From Macrostomum hystrix (taxonomy: Eukaryota; Animalia; Platyhelminthes): 64,000 nt of DNA. Numbering within the stretch: position 1 is the first letter of the stretch; every line of letters begins with the position of its first letter. Positions 12,661 to 25,258 of this stretch are shown here, piece after piece. The position numbers and the translations under genes are program-made. The DNA is taken from the NCBI GenBank assembly GCA_950097015.1, contig CATNEN010000002.1, forward strand, positions 3,224,001-3,288,000, written 5' to 3'. The notes beneath the pieces are model-generated. The model saw nothing but the letters and a program-made list of their open reading frames with translations. It made no database searches and was not told the DNA's origin.

Positions 12661-12910
12661 CTCAGGAACCTAATATATAATACTCGTAGTTCGACAGGCA
12701 AGTAGCAAGCAGAATATTGGTTCGTCATTAATTTTAACTAAGCATTTTTATCAAAGGCTGCTTGTGTGGCTGCGAGTAGTACTTACCGTTCTTCATGAGT
12801 ATCAAAGAAAAATTCACGTTAAAGCCATACAAAAAGTATGAAATTAACTTACATTTTCACGCGTAAAGTATAAAAATATCTCACTTTCAATCAGAATCCA
12901 TTAGACGAAA

Positions 12911-14206
12911 CAGGGACAACTAAAACCCTCGGGACGCGAAACGAGCCAATTCATGGCAAAAAATCTGAGGGGCTCGCTTAAAAATATTGTTCTATGGCTT
13001 TTTCGAGTCTTCTCTGCTATCAGGCATTAACGGTTAGATTAAATAGTAAAGCGAGGCAATGTCGAGTATTTAATTTAAAGAATAGGAACCATCGATATAA
13101 TTAAAATTTATTTACAATAAAGTAACCGCCATGTCAACAAAAAACTCCAACGGCAAGAAGATAAAAGATGAAAGCAAAGATATAACTCCAACGGCAAAAA
13201 GATAAAGGATGAAAGCGAATAATTTCATTCGTCGGAGTCGAGCACTGAGCAGCACTTGCTCCACAGATACATAGTAGTTGCCGCCGCTCATTTGGCAATC
13301 TCAATTTTCCAGAATCTCACTATGGTTTTGATAAATTCCGCAGTGTCTGAGTATCCATCACACTCAATGCAGCGGCAACCCTTTCATCGAGAACTTGGAG
13401 AGCGAGACTGACTTTAGTTTTCTGAATGCTTGTGGGATAACAGGCCTCATGAGTTAGACATGTGCGCTTGACTACGTGGTCTTTCTCCATTCTCCATTCT
13501 CCATAAAGAACACCGCGCTTTTCGGCCTGTCGGTCCTGGTCTAAAATAAGAGTAAAAATAAAAGTAAGATAATTGTGTGCGGCAAAATCGATATAGACGA
13601 TAAGTGTTGAGCAATCTTTAAGTTACGTACCTTGGTTCTGAACAAAACACGAGCTAGGAACTCCATTAAAAACAGAAGGAGGATTAATTGGCCTTTCGGT
13701 AGAGTTTTTCTTGTCCATTGGAGCATCGCTTGGCCAATGCTTTACGCACACGCCCATATTGTCAGTCACTCTCTAAAATTATACATTTTGGGTTTCAAGT
13801 TGTTTGGACGAGACTGGCATGCAGAATTGAAGCGGAATTATGCAGCAGTAATGACAGCAAATGATCTGGTTTCTTACCTGGAGAATATTTGGCAGCGCCT
13901 TTCTCCACCGCTCTCGCTCCCGTGGATCTCTGGGAAACGCAAATATCCGTGCTCGAACGGCTTGAGAGTTGTAATTTGACGAGCACGGAAATACGCTGCA
14001 CTTTCTTGGCATTTCAACGAGTGAAAAATGCTTCTCTTGATATAGTTCAGCTTAGCTTCACTGCTGGCCGCAGCTAAAGCAATTTTAATTTGCTTGATAG
14101 CAGAGAAGACTCGAAAAAGCCATAGAACAATACTTTTAAGCGAGCCCCTCAGATTTTTTGCCATGAATTGGCTCGTTTCGCGTCCCGAGGGTTTTAGTTG
14201 TCCCTG
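12911..14206 (-). mobile_element. Internally deleted P-superfamily (THAP) DNA transposon
   Basis: TIRs of about 112 bp starting CAGGGACAACTAAAACCCTCGGG (12911-13022 and 14095-14206, one indel) and an 8-bp TSD AGACGAAA. Inside are a spliced THAP domain and P-type transposase fragments (LTHEACYPTSIQKTKVSLALQVLDERVAAAL; DTAEFIKTIVRFWKI; QMSGGNYYVSVEQV). Confidence 0.9.
13620..14012 (-). pseudogene. THAP zinc-finger 5' part of the transposase; exons 14012-13878 and 13772-about 13620
   Basis: MPRKCSVFPCSSNY...FAFPRDPRERERWRKALPNILQ|RVTDNMGVCVKHWP...RPINPPSVF supplies the C2CH ligands. A 105-bp phase-0 GT-AG intron separates the two parts. Confidence 0.8.
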
Positions 14207-14722
14207 AGACGAAACCCACTCCCGCCGCACTATAATGCACTATGAGAGCATCGGTGCGGAGACCACCCAGTCCATGGACTGAACAGCTGTTGGCTGCACA
14301 TATGGACCGATCAGGACTGGTGTAATAGATTTTATTTATGATTATTAAGCATCGTTTTCGAAATACTAGCATTCTGAATTAAAATAGGAGTAATAATATA
14401 TGAACTCAGTTCCAATGACTGTGATAGCATCCTGGCTTTCCAAACTAGCCCGCAGCCTCCTCAACATCGCGCCTCGGCTAGCGTCAATGAACCGTCACGA
14501 TGACCTGGCGCTGCTGCAGCTGTCTCAGGGGCATACCCGGGTGATCCTCAGGAACTGGCCCGCAGATTATCCAATGATCTAAAATACAAGTAATCTAGTA
14601 TTGTCCTTGAACCCTATTCTTACAAACGAAAAGAAAACACCGCAAAAGAAAAAATGTACACAATGAGTTAAGCAATGTCGAAGTTTATAGTTGCTGTCAT
14701 GCGGAAGAGTACAATCAGCGAC

Positions 14723-15728
14723 CTACAAGGACTCGACTTCGTCACAGGAATATCCGTAATCCTCAAAGCAGCCAGCGCCATCAGCATCTGATCGCAGAGG
14801 CAGCTGTAGGGCTTCACCAAGCCTCTTGTCATGCGAGCAGTTGCAGACTCCAAGACGTACTTTCGAGGCCAGCATCCGACAATTCTTGTGGCAGTATTTC
14901 TGGCAAAACCTGCAAGCCAGGGAAGTCTGGTCGGAACTGCAGCTGCCGCATTCCGTTAGCAGCTGCATTGGAAATTGGTCCGATCCGCCGAACTCTCTGG
15001 TGCACGAGGAGTTTATCTTGACGCCCTTCAAGTTCATGCCGCTGTTTGAAACACGAATCTCAATTAAGTGCATCTCCGCGTCGAGTAGACCCAGCGATCT
15101 GAAAAAGGGCTATGAAGTTTTTATCGTTGATTTATCGCGATATTTTTATATAGAGAAATGAATCAACTTCTTGCCTGTCATCTTCAAATTTGAATGTACA
15201 CTGTGTCAACGAAGCAGATGACGTGGCCGCCCCCACCAATACGCTGCCAGCTAGCAGTCTTGGAATCTGCAGAACAGGTGCAGCTAGAGTCCAACGTGAT
15301 TGGTAGCTGACTCGCTTGCCGAGAATGACTTCCCGAACAAAGTGCTCGCAGTTGTTGGTGATTGGGTTGTAGCCAGCCTTGCCAACTCGGTAGAGGCACT
15401 CGAGAATCACTTCCGACCTCTTTCTTGCAGTGCAGCTGCAGCTGTACACCCGTATGGTGCACTTCTGCACAATGTCTCTGAAGTCGTCCAGTCTTACTGA
15501 TACCTTCGGTACCGTGTTGGCGTCTCCGGAGAGGTGGCAGAGCAATGGAATCGGCTCATTGTGCTCCGAGTTGTCTCGCTTTGGCCAGGCCCAGCCAAGG
15601 AAGATAGCGAAGTGGTAGAAGCCGATCCTATTGAAGCCGACAGCGGAGCCAGGAATGGCGGCCCTGATGGCATCTTCGGTCCTCTTCGAGTCAAAATCTT
15701 CGTATCCGTTTGTGAAGCCAACGCACAT
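14723..15728 (-). CDS. LRAT/PLAAT-like + UBR-type zinc finger, copy 1 (309 aa); exons 15728-15175 and 15098-14723, GC-AG intron
   Basis: HFAIFLG, LCHLSG and NNCEHF form the H-H-C triad. Exon 2 reads CTREFGG...CGSC...CRFCQKYCHKNC...CNC. The phase-2 intron is at the same position as in the paralogs. Confidence 0.85.
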
Positions 15729-17100
15729 TTTCTGTCTGTCTGTTTGTGTAGCGAAAATTCTAACTGCTTGGACAAAACGACTGCATCAACCGCCTTTATC
15801 TTTCTCTCCGTCTCAGCAACAGTCCTATAACGGACTAAGAGCCTAACAGATAATTCCACAGGCTCCAAGCTGTGCACTTCAGATTCAAGCTACTACCTAA
15901 ATCTAAAGATAACGCATCGCTTCTCAGCACACACAAGCTACGTGTTGATAGAATTCGCACAAAAGGTTGGCTCAGAAAAGTCTCTCTATTGAGCTTTGGA
16001 AGTCCGATGTAGCAATATGAATTCTGCCAGCAAGTTGCATGAAAGTTCTGACTTCCATTGTTCTGGACTACTCTGATACCCCTACTGTACTCACTAAACT
16101 CAATCCGAACTAAGCTCTATAGTCCTCTCTATTATGGCAATTTCAGGGCCTTCTGGTCCAGGTCTCTGGGGCTGTTGATTGGGCTTCGCATTCTAATCGG
16201 TCAGCATGAATATACTTTATTGAATACCGAAAGGACTTGACTGCCTCGCATTGACGATTGAATAAGAGGCCATTAAGCTACAAAGTTGGCTGGTCCGCGT
16301 GCAAAGCTAAAGCTTCAGTCTTGTACATATAGCACTGAATAAGGATTAGGAACTTCCGTAAAGCTGGTCACAGATAATATAGACATATATATATCATATA
16401 TACATATGTCGAGAGGGCTCATGGTTAACGTTTATCGGAGAAACTTCTGAACTTCTTCTTGTTGCTTCGTTGTAGAATTTCTCACTGCTAACTTCTATCT
16501 ATTCCTTTTTGTGATAACTAACTTTGTTATCTAATATTAATTGCGAAATGCTATCTCATTCAACCGCGAATTTTAACTCCCATATAGCCCAGGCAGCTCA
16601 GAGCAGTCGCAATCAGTTCACTTCCAAGTATTACGATGAGGGTGTCTGGGAGGATATAAAAGGTCTCATTCAGACGTATTCCACAATAGGAATCGTTCTC
16701 ACAATCGGTGATTTTAATGCAAGGACGAGATCAATGCAAGCAAATTGTGGTCCTCATTTCCGTAGAGTTCGGGAAAAAACAAACATGGCCTCCAACTCTT
16801 AGAAGTTTGAGTTTGAGTTTGAGTATATCCAATCCTTAGGCTTGGATATACTCCTAACCAATGGTCACTAGCATTGGTAAGCCCAATCTACAAGACTGGG
16901 TCTCGCAGTGATCCAAAAAAACTACAGACCAATAAGCGTCCAGCCAGCCATCGCAAGACTGTTTGCATCAATTATTTACGAGAAATTAGAAGCACACATC
17001 AAAGACCTGAACTTAGTATCGGCTAGTCAAATAGGAAACAGAAACTTCCGAAACTGCCGGACTTCCGATCACATTGCAACCCTATTGACATTAATTCATA

Positions 17101-17820
17101 TGTAGTGACAGTGGTCGGTTTGAGATCCCCGGCCCACAGCCCTATGAAGTAAAATATTATCGATCACTGAACCAGGCGTTAGGACGCTCTGTTGCAGTCA
17201 GGGACTGGTGGCGTTAGGACGCTCTGTTGCAGTCAGGGACTGGTGGCGTTAGGACGCTCACACAGTACTTCTAAGATTATTACAGTACTCCGTGCGGACC
17301 TGGCACCCTGAAAGGACAGACACAAATACAGTGCTTACCGGTCGGGACGCACGATAGGAGGGCAGGATGACGCTGAATGTATTTGTCGGCAATTTTTGCA
17401 CTTTAATAAACCATACGCTCGGAATCACTCGTCAATAATCACTTCGCTATGCAATAAATTGAGCCTTCGCCGTAAGAGACCGTCTTTACGGCACGATCTT
17501 TTAAAGTTCGCAAGGGGGGGTAGGCCTGGCCCGGGCAGAAAACGATACCTTAAGGGCTGACAAGGGGGCAGACAGGGGCGGAGCACAAACAAAGCCTACA
17601 GCGCGCTGGGGGGGTAGTGTTGTACGCGCTGGACGGGTGGACGGGCAAAGCTACGCAGAGCTGATTGGCGTGAGGGCAAAGCCACGCAGGGCTGGGGTAG
17701 GATAGGCACACAATGCCCGCGCCCAGCCAATCAGATGGCGGCACCGGGCACTCTGAGCCAAGACGGCGTTGGGTGAGGAAGGCCTAACAAAACCACAAGG
17801 CCAGAGACACCGGCACCACA
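17101..17820. mobile_element. Solo LTR (720 bp) with 4-bp TSD
   Basis: Termini TGTAGTG...CACCACA, flanked by CATA/CATA. Removing it restores the RT frame (LIH-KKKKMKRPSHLVFFDLK). It contains internal 35-bp direct repeats at about 17176-17260. Confidence 0.85.
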
Positions 17821-18300
17821 CATAAAAAGAAGAAAATGAAAAGACCTTCCCATCTAGTTTTCTTTGATTTAAAAAGCGCCTTTGACATGGTTCACCACCC
17901 AACCCTAGTCACACGATTGAAGCAGTTGGTCGTGAACCCAGCAATAAAAAGTACCATTGAGAGTATGTACTCAAGCGCGAAATTTCATCTCAAGGTGTCA
18001 GAAGGCACAGCTACTGAGGCGTGTCGAATCACTAATGGCGTCAGGCAAGGATGCCCCCTATCTCCACTGCTATTCTCCCTATACATCGACCCGCTAAGCA
18101 GAATTCTATAAGACTCATTTCAAAGCCATACCTCCATATTGAATGAAGAAGTAAACAACTTGCTTTATTGTGACGATTTAGTCATTTTTGGTGTAGACCT
18201 GACAGAATTACAAAAAGGCCTCGACGAAGTAGCCGATTTTTGCAATACTCATAAATTAGAAATAAACATTGAGAAGACAAAGCTTCTGAGCTTCAATCTC

Positions 18301-18500
18301 CAATCTCCATCTCAATCTCCATCTCAATCTCCATCTCAATCTCCATCTCAATCTCCATCTCAATCTCCATCTCAATCTCCATCTCAATCTCCATCTCAAT
18401 CTCCATCTCAATCTCCATCTCAATCTCCATCTCAATCTCCATCTCAATCTCCATCTCAATCTCCATCTCAATCTCCATCTCAATCTCCATCTCAATCTCC
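18301..18500. repeat. 12-bp tandem repeat (CAATCTCCATCT), about 17 copies, inside the LINE RT
   Basis: Read directly; reads SQSP in the RT frame. Confidence 0.97.
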
Positions 18501-20312
18501 AACACAATCGAGCGTAGACAGTTTTTACATGGTCAACTGGTTGAACCCGTACAGCAGTGGAAATATCTTGGGTTTCACATGAACGTGAAGGAAATAATAG
18601 ATGCTCATTCCATAGAACTAGGCAAAAAATGGATATCCAATAATGCTTATGAGAAAGTTGGCGGGATTTCAGAGAGTAAAACACAAACAGCCTGTTTAGC
18701 ACAAACTGGGTCTTCTGAAAACTGGGTACTTGGGATCGGAACCTTTATCCTTTATCTCTCTATCGGAAAAGAGAGAATTACTAATTTTAGAATCTGCAAG
18801 TCGATTCTGCAAGTTAGTCCAAACACTGACAGCAATGGTGCTCGGTCTGAATTAGGAAGACTACCACTGTTATATAGTATTCAAAAAAGAAGCCTTCAAT
18901 ACTGGTCCTCAGTTCGGAGCCGACCAGACTCCATCATCGCGAAATTGGAGGCAGATACAGAATACAGCGATGTTGGCATTGGGGAAAAATGAGTAGTGAA
19001 GTAATGCGGAATTGTCAACAGACTAGAAAAACAGTCCATCAAAACGCACAGGGAGAACTTTGAGTCAGAGTTTCGAAGGCACTGGACTCAGAGGATGGGA
19101 AAATCAGCCAAGCTCAGCCACTTCTTCTACACGTTTAAGAAAGATTTCTTCCGAGAAAAGTACCTAACAATAATCTCAAACCCAGAACAAATGCGCACAA
19201 TGTCCCGATTTCGTCTAGGAAACCACAAACTGGCCTGTGAGACATTGCGCACTGTAAGAACGAAAATCACCTATGAAAACAGAACATGCCCAAAATGTAG
19301 AGTCGAGGTAGAGAACGAAACTCATATTCTCTTTAGATGCGATTGGTCCGTTTATGTTCCAATTAGAAATAAATTCATAGAGAAGGTGGCAGGTACTGTT
19401 CGAAATTTCGAAAGCCTAACAGCTGATGACAAAATTGTGTATTTAACGACACAGGAAAGCACAGAATTAACAGAAAGTTTTGTGGACTTCATAGAAAGCA
19501 TAATTAAAGCTAGATAAAAAGCCACTGCCCTGAGGCCCATAGTTAGAATGTTTAGAAACACAAGAGCTATTCTTCTTTCGGTCAGTTTTAATTTTCTAGT
19601 TAAATTTAAATATTTCATTTTTTGTTTTAATGCCTTTGTTATTTCAGAAATTTGTTTTTTTTCAAATATTTTACTCACCTAAAATTAATCTTATGCTGCT
19701 ACTGTTTTCCTATCGCCTTCTTTTTAAAAAATCGAATTGTTCAGCCTCAAACATAAAATTAACAAAAAAATCAGCACTCAATCGGCGTGCGCACCTCAAT
19801 AAAAAAATAATTATAGAAATTAACTAATAAAAATAATATATGTTAGTTAAGAAAATCATTAAAATACAAAATTGTACTTTAGCTTAAGTACTAAAAAGTC
19901 TGTCCTGCTTATTTTGCTAAACGTGGTGTATTGATAATTTTTTGCTACTCGTTAGGAATTATCGGAGCTGAGTATAATACAAGCACCAGGATACGCATTT
20001 AGGGACATACACAGGTGTGAACACACAGGTGTGAACATCTGCCCTGAATATTGTCAAACAGTTAGTTTACAGGCTCATTGTCTCTTGGAAGTTGACCCTC
20101 TCTAACTCACAGGCGCATAAATTGCAAAGCAATTCCGCAAGCCGTTCACCCAGTCTGCGCCCTAAATTAATGTGACCTCGGCACGGATTCGATCTTGCAG
20201 GAACTTCGGTGCAAAATCCAGACCCCTTAACCACTCCGCGACTCAACCCCCTTGGAATAGGTCTCCTTTGTTCACTTAGGGTTTGAGTAACTCAGTCACC
20301 ACAATAATAAGA

Positions 20313-20636
20313 ATTGTAGGAAGGCTGCGGGCAGTGGCACTTTATTTAGTGACACTAGACACGCAGCCAGCGAGGAGGCAGTTCTGCCCATTTCGCTGAC
20401 TCCTGAGCACACACGCACACAGACACTGTACGCAGGCACACGCTCACACAGGTGTGTACAACTGCCCTGACTTTCTCATCGTCAGGCAGTGTACATTTCA
20501 CTGTGCCTTGGAGTTTGGCCCTCAATGGCGTAAATTGCACGACAAGCCCTCAAGCCTTCTCTCCGCGGCTGCGCCCCAAGATTCCACAGCCTCGCGGTGG
20601 AATCGAACTTATAACCGCTCTGCCACCGACCCCTGA
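20313..20636 (-). mobile_element. SINE family B copy; a related head fragment lies at about 20110-20250
   Basis: Reverse complement of the 12313 element. Confidence 0.8.
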
Positions 20637-21040
20637 ATATAATTAATATAATAATATTATATTATTATTATTATTTAACTCAGTTACCACACCCGTAGAT
20701 GCTACAGTGTACGTACTTTTTATTTTTTTATTATTAATAAATTATTTTAACCAATTAAGGCTAGAATAAAAAGCGTTGTGCAACAATATTATTCACAAGA
20801 CGTATGCAAATTCATTTCGATTGTACAACAAAACCCTGAAAGAAATGTGTACATTTCTTTGTCTTGTACGAGACGAGTTACAGAGAACTTTGCAGACTAA
20901 AACACTTCGTTCGTTTCTTATGTGGAAAACACAAAAATTAGCACATAAAACTACATGCCTGCATGAATAGATCACATAAGGAGCGAAAAGTATCAAGTTA
21001 AAACAGTATATTTCTTCAAGTGAAGCGGCTCACTTACCGC

Positions 21041-23003
21041 ATGTGCGTCGGAGTTTACGACGAATTCGGGTCGTGGCGTTTCGACGCCGCCTTGAAGTCC
21101 ATGGTGCCTGGCTCCGCCGTGTCTTTCGATCGAGGATCTCTCCATCACTTCGCCATCTTCCTGGGCTGGGCCTGGCCTATGGGAGGCGGCTCGAACCCCC
21201 TGCCGCTGCTAGGACACCTGACAGGAAGTCCGCATACACGACCCCGCGCCTCTGTGCGTCTTGACGACGTCCGTGATGTTGTCCAGGGAAGCTCTGTGCG
21301 GGTGTACCGCTGCAGTTGCAGTTCAGCCAAGCGAGCTCGCGTCATCGAGGAGTGCCTTCGACGAGTTGGCGAAGAGGGATACAATCTGGTCACCAACAAC
21401 TGCGAGCACTTTGTGCGTTCGCTGATCGATGGCAGGAGCGTCAGCTACCAGACGCGTTGGACGATGGCGCTGCCAATCATCCAGCTGCCCAGACTGGTCA
21501 TTGGCATCACAGGGATAGTGGTGCCACTGCTGAGGTCGGGACAGAGGGCCCGGCTGCTGCAAGATGACAGGTGAGGCTTAGTGACTTGTGGTGCATTCTC
21601 TCATTTTCGGAAAAAATAACGTCACTTTTCTAGAAAAACCAAGGACGCTTCTTGTAATTTGCTAAAGTTGTGTACAGAGACCAGAGTAGGCATTGTAAAG
21701 AGAAATTAAACATCAAATGCTTTCGATCGAAAAGCTATACAATTAGTTTCGACAAGATCATTGAGATATCATGCATAAAAGAACTTATTTTGACAAACGG
21801 CTATACCGTTAAGGCTTTTGCCTCTCGCACCAAGGTCCCTGAGCTCGATTCTGCAGCGAGGCCACATTCATTTGAGGTGAAGCCACGGAGAAAAGGCTTG
21901 GGGGGCTTGTCGTGTGATTCACGCCCTTCAGGCACCGAACTGGAAGGCACAGTGAAACTGTACACTGCCTGAAAATGAGAAAGTCATGGCAGACGTGCAC
22001 ACCTGTATGCCTGCAGGTATGCCTGCGTAAAGCATCTGCGTGTGTCACCAAATGATATGCCGTTGCCCGCAGCCCTCCTGCAATTATTATTGCTATTATT
22101 AACTATTAACTATTATTAGCTATTATTAACAGCTGGACTGCCTAGCCATTTTGCCGCCTGTTTTTATGCCAAGAAGGTGGGTTTTGGCAGCGCCTGAATG
22201 CTAACAGCCTTGGGTGGTGACAGATTGGTTGACGGACAAGGCGATGGTGTCCTGTGGTTCAGCTGCGCCTAATATTTGGGCTTGATGAGTAAAATCGGAT
22301 AAATTCGCGTCAGGGTGTCCATAGTGGCTTAGTTCCACCTGTTGTAGCCGTTGAAGGTCCAGCAGCTCCGTCTAGATAAAGGTAGGCGACCACTGAAGAC
22401 GGCGATGATGCAGGCACATTCGGGTGACATGCTGATAAATTTCGAAGGCCTGGCAAGGCCGCACTGAGGCGCAGTGCTAATTTGTGTATAGGGGTGCATG
22501 AAATACACTAGCGCTTTTATAAAAAATCCGACCTTCAGCCAGAACCACTGAATATCTTGACGTTCGGAAAACCTGGCGACTTGATTCTTGTTTCAGAAGA
22601 TGCGCAAAAAAAAGTTGGCCCGTGTTCTTGAGTTTCGTCTGCTTGCGTTGCTCCATTCGGGTGCAGCACAAAAATTTATCAGGCAGTTCTTGGTAGTTCT
22701 ACTGTTAACTTATTTTGACTCCACAGCTACCTCGGCCTCATCGACCCCGAGTCCAGACTGCTGTTAATCCGGCCTCAGCACGGCGGCCTTAGAGTGGAAA
22801 TTCAGCGAGCCACGTGCTGCACCCGCTGCTTCACGGGCGCGAATTCACAGGCTGCGCAGACTCTGCACCACTGCATCGACTGCCGCCTGGTTGGAGCTTC
22901 GGCTGTGTGCGGAAACTGCGCCCGAAGCTGCCACAGGAACTGCTTGACTCGACGACTTCAGACTCGTTTGGTAGGATTCTGTAGCTGCCACTGCTGTCTT
23001 TAG
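21041..23003 (+). CDS. LRAT/PLAAT-like + UBR-type zinc finger, copy 2 (268 aa, the only copy on +); exons 21041-21570 and 22727-23003
   Basis: MCVG start; HHFAIFLG, LGHLTG and NNCEHF. Donor GACAG|GTGAGG, acceptor CCACAG|C in phase 2. Exon 2 reads CCTRCFTG...CIDC...CGNCARSCHRNC...FCSC. Confidence 0.85.
21800..22125 (+). mobile_element. SINE family B copy in the intron of copy 2
   Basis: GGTCCCTGAGCTCGATTCTGCAGCGAGGCCACATT...GCCCGCAGCCCTCCTGCAATTATTATT. Confidence 0.78.
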
Positions 23004-23276
23004 ACAGTTAATTAGTTTACCAGTACTGCCACTGTATAGTCACTGCTTCCAAATAAGCATAAAAAATGTTTTATCGCTTTTATTTTTGCTAAATGTTTAC
23101 CTCGAAATACATTACTAGTACTAGGGAGACACATCTGCCTATGGATGATTGTGAGAGAAGAGTTTGTTGTGAGCTGCAAATACAGCAAAAAGTCAACCAC
23201 ATTGCTTCCAATTGAATTGTAAAAACTAGTATAATTTTTTTATCGTTGAAAACACAATATCATTTTGAGCAGTATA

Positions 23277-23548
23277 ACAATAATTACAGGAGGGCTACGG
23301 GCAGTGGCACTTTATTGAGAGACCCGCAGCCAGCGAGTAGGCAATTCTTCCCATTTCGCTGACTCCTGAGCACACACGCACACAGATACTGTACGTAGGC
23401 ATACGCCCACAAGGGCGTAAATTGCACGACAAGCCCTCAGGCCTTCTCTCCGCGGCTGCGCCCCAAATAAATGTGGCCTCGCCGTAGAATCGAACTCAGG
23501 GACCGTGGTGCGAGAGGCAAACGCGTTAACCGCTCTGCCACCGACTCA
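23277..23548 (-). mobile_element. SINE family B copy (internally deleted)
   Basis: Reverse-complement match to the family B head and tail. Confidence 0.75.
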
Positions 23549-24038
23549 TCGATTTTGAGCAGACTTTCACTTTGGAATGTGTAGCCAAGTTAAAAATGGT
23601 GTAACCAAGTTGTTGGTAAATAAGCTGGAATAGTGTACCAGAATCACATAAAATAGAAAATAAACCCAACAATCTGGCCTTTCTAAAAAGCTGCGAACAG
23701 CTGTTTAGTCTCATAGCAAAGTAAAATTTAATTTTAAATCTAGTTGTCTATAGAGGCTTTTTTAAAACAAATGTAGAAAATAAGAGAATCCATCAAGAAG
23801 ACTGTCTACTGGTCGTTGTCTGTTTCAGTGTCGAGACTGTAATAAAGCAATAAACCTGTTGTGGTTCAATCACGGAATTCGACTCGAATGGGGGCACCAC
23901 TGCTTCCAAATTCTCTACCTCAGCTGACAAAAACATATAGTAAAATTATACTCTATTCCAGGGGTCGGCAAACTGATTACCGTGCGGGCGGCGGAGAGAA
24001 CCTAAAAGACGACAGCGACCGCATTAACTGTAGGAATA

Positions 24039-24705
24039 TGAGACAGCAGAGAGATGAGACACAGGATAGATAAGACAGGGAGAGATGATACAGGGGAAAG
24101 ATGAGACAGGGGGAGATGAGACAGGGGAAAGATGAGACAGGGGAAAGATGAGACAGGGGAGATGAGACATGAGAGAGATGAGACATGGAGAGATGAGACA
24201 GGGAGAGATGAGACAGGGAGAGATGAGACAGGGAGAGATGAGACGGGGGAGCGATGAGACAAGGGAGAGATGAGACGGGGGAGAGATGAGATGGGGGAGA
24301 GGTGAGACACAGGATAGATAAGACAGGGAGAGATGATACAGGGGAAAGATGAGACAGGGGAGATGAGACAGGGGAAAGATGAGACAGGGGAAAGATGAGA
24401 CAGGGGAGATGAGACATGAGAGAGATGAGACATGGAGAGATGAGACAGGGAGAGATGAGACAGGGAGAGATGAGACAGGGAGAGATGAGACGGGGGAGCG
24501 ATGAGACAAGGGAGAGATGAGACGGGGGAGAGATGAGATGGGGGAGAGGTGAGACACCGGATAGATAAGACAGGGAGAGATGATACAGGGGAGAGATGAG
24601 ACACAGGATAGATAAGGCAGGGGAGAGATGATACAGCGAAGAGATGAGACAGGGGGTTGAGAAAGGGGAGAGATGAGACACAGGATAGATAAGACAGGGA
24701 GTGAT
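24039..24705. repeat. Degenerate purine-rich minisatellite (GAGATGAGACAGGG-type, about 15 bp) with a higher-order repeat of about 250 bp
   Basis: Read directly. The three long minus-strand ORFs here are by-products. Confidence 0.9.
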
Positions 24706-25258
24706 GATACAGGGGTTTGTTTCTGACGCAAATTTTGAGATCTGACGCAATGGAATTTCCATGAAGTAGTGAAAAAATGACGCACTGTATTCCTATGAGA
24801 ACGAAACAAAATTACAAATTACGCAAACCGTAACCCTAACCCTAACCACTTTTCCTTTTTGTCTGTATGTCTTGCCATCAAAAACCTATATTATAGCCTT
24901 GTAAATGGCTCTTATGGACTCAGGATACAGCAATAGCAATTTTATATTGAATTCTATATGTAAAAGCAATTAAATAGCAAGATCGAAAAGCAAAAGCAAA
25001 AATGTAAGAATCCTTTTTTTAATACAAGCAGCATGAATGAATGTATTAAGCAATAGTAAATGCCTAAGTCAGTACTAATTAGCTAAAAGTGATGACATTA
25101 TGTGCTCGAATATATCAAGCAAATAATACACTATTCGGCAAAATCCTTTGTCTACAAAGCTTCTGAACTGGAAATATGACGCGTCAGAAATCAGAGGTTA
25201 TTAACGATTTCGTCAGATATCACCTTGTCAAAGTTTTTTTCGAAATCAAGGCAAAGCA

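Larger units (their letters stand above)
16590..19517 (+). mobile_element. Degenerate non-LTR retrotransposon (APE + RT + C-terminal Cys/His region), interrupted by a solo LTR
   Basis: IGDFNART (APE), NYRPISVQP, FDLKSAFD, GVRQGCPLSPLLF, LLYCDD, WKYLGF, FRLGNHKL...TCPKC...NETHILFRC. Frameshifts and stop codons are present. Confidence 0.88.

Noticed and set aside
14400-14582. GC-rich stretch as a third exon of copy 1 or a separate gene
   Set aside because: Copy 1 already has a stop at 14723, and the readings from the minus-strand acceptor are short with no motif.
22140-22480. GC-rich intronic segment as a coding fragment
   Set aside because: Stops occur in the frames read and no recognisable motif was found.
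23959-23974. hAT-type terminus CAGGGGTCGGCAAACT
   Set aside because: No matching inverted end or TSD was found in the window. The similar sequence at about 20625 is a SINE B head.
23977-24809. Three 200-261-aa minus-strand ORFs
   Set aside because: They are translations of the purine-rich minisatellite.
24830-24848. TAACCC units as telomeric or telomere-healing sequence
   Set aside because: Only about three units; such short runs are common inside non-autonomous elements.
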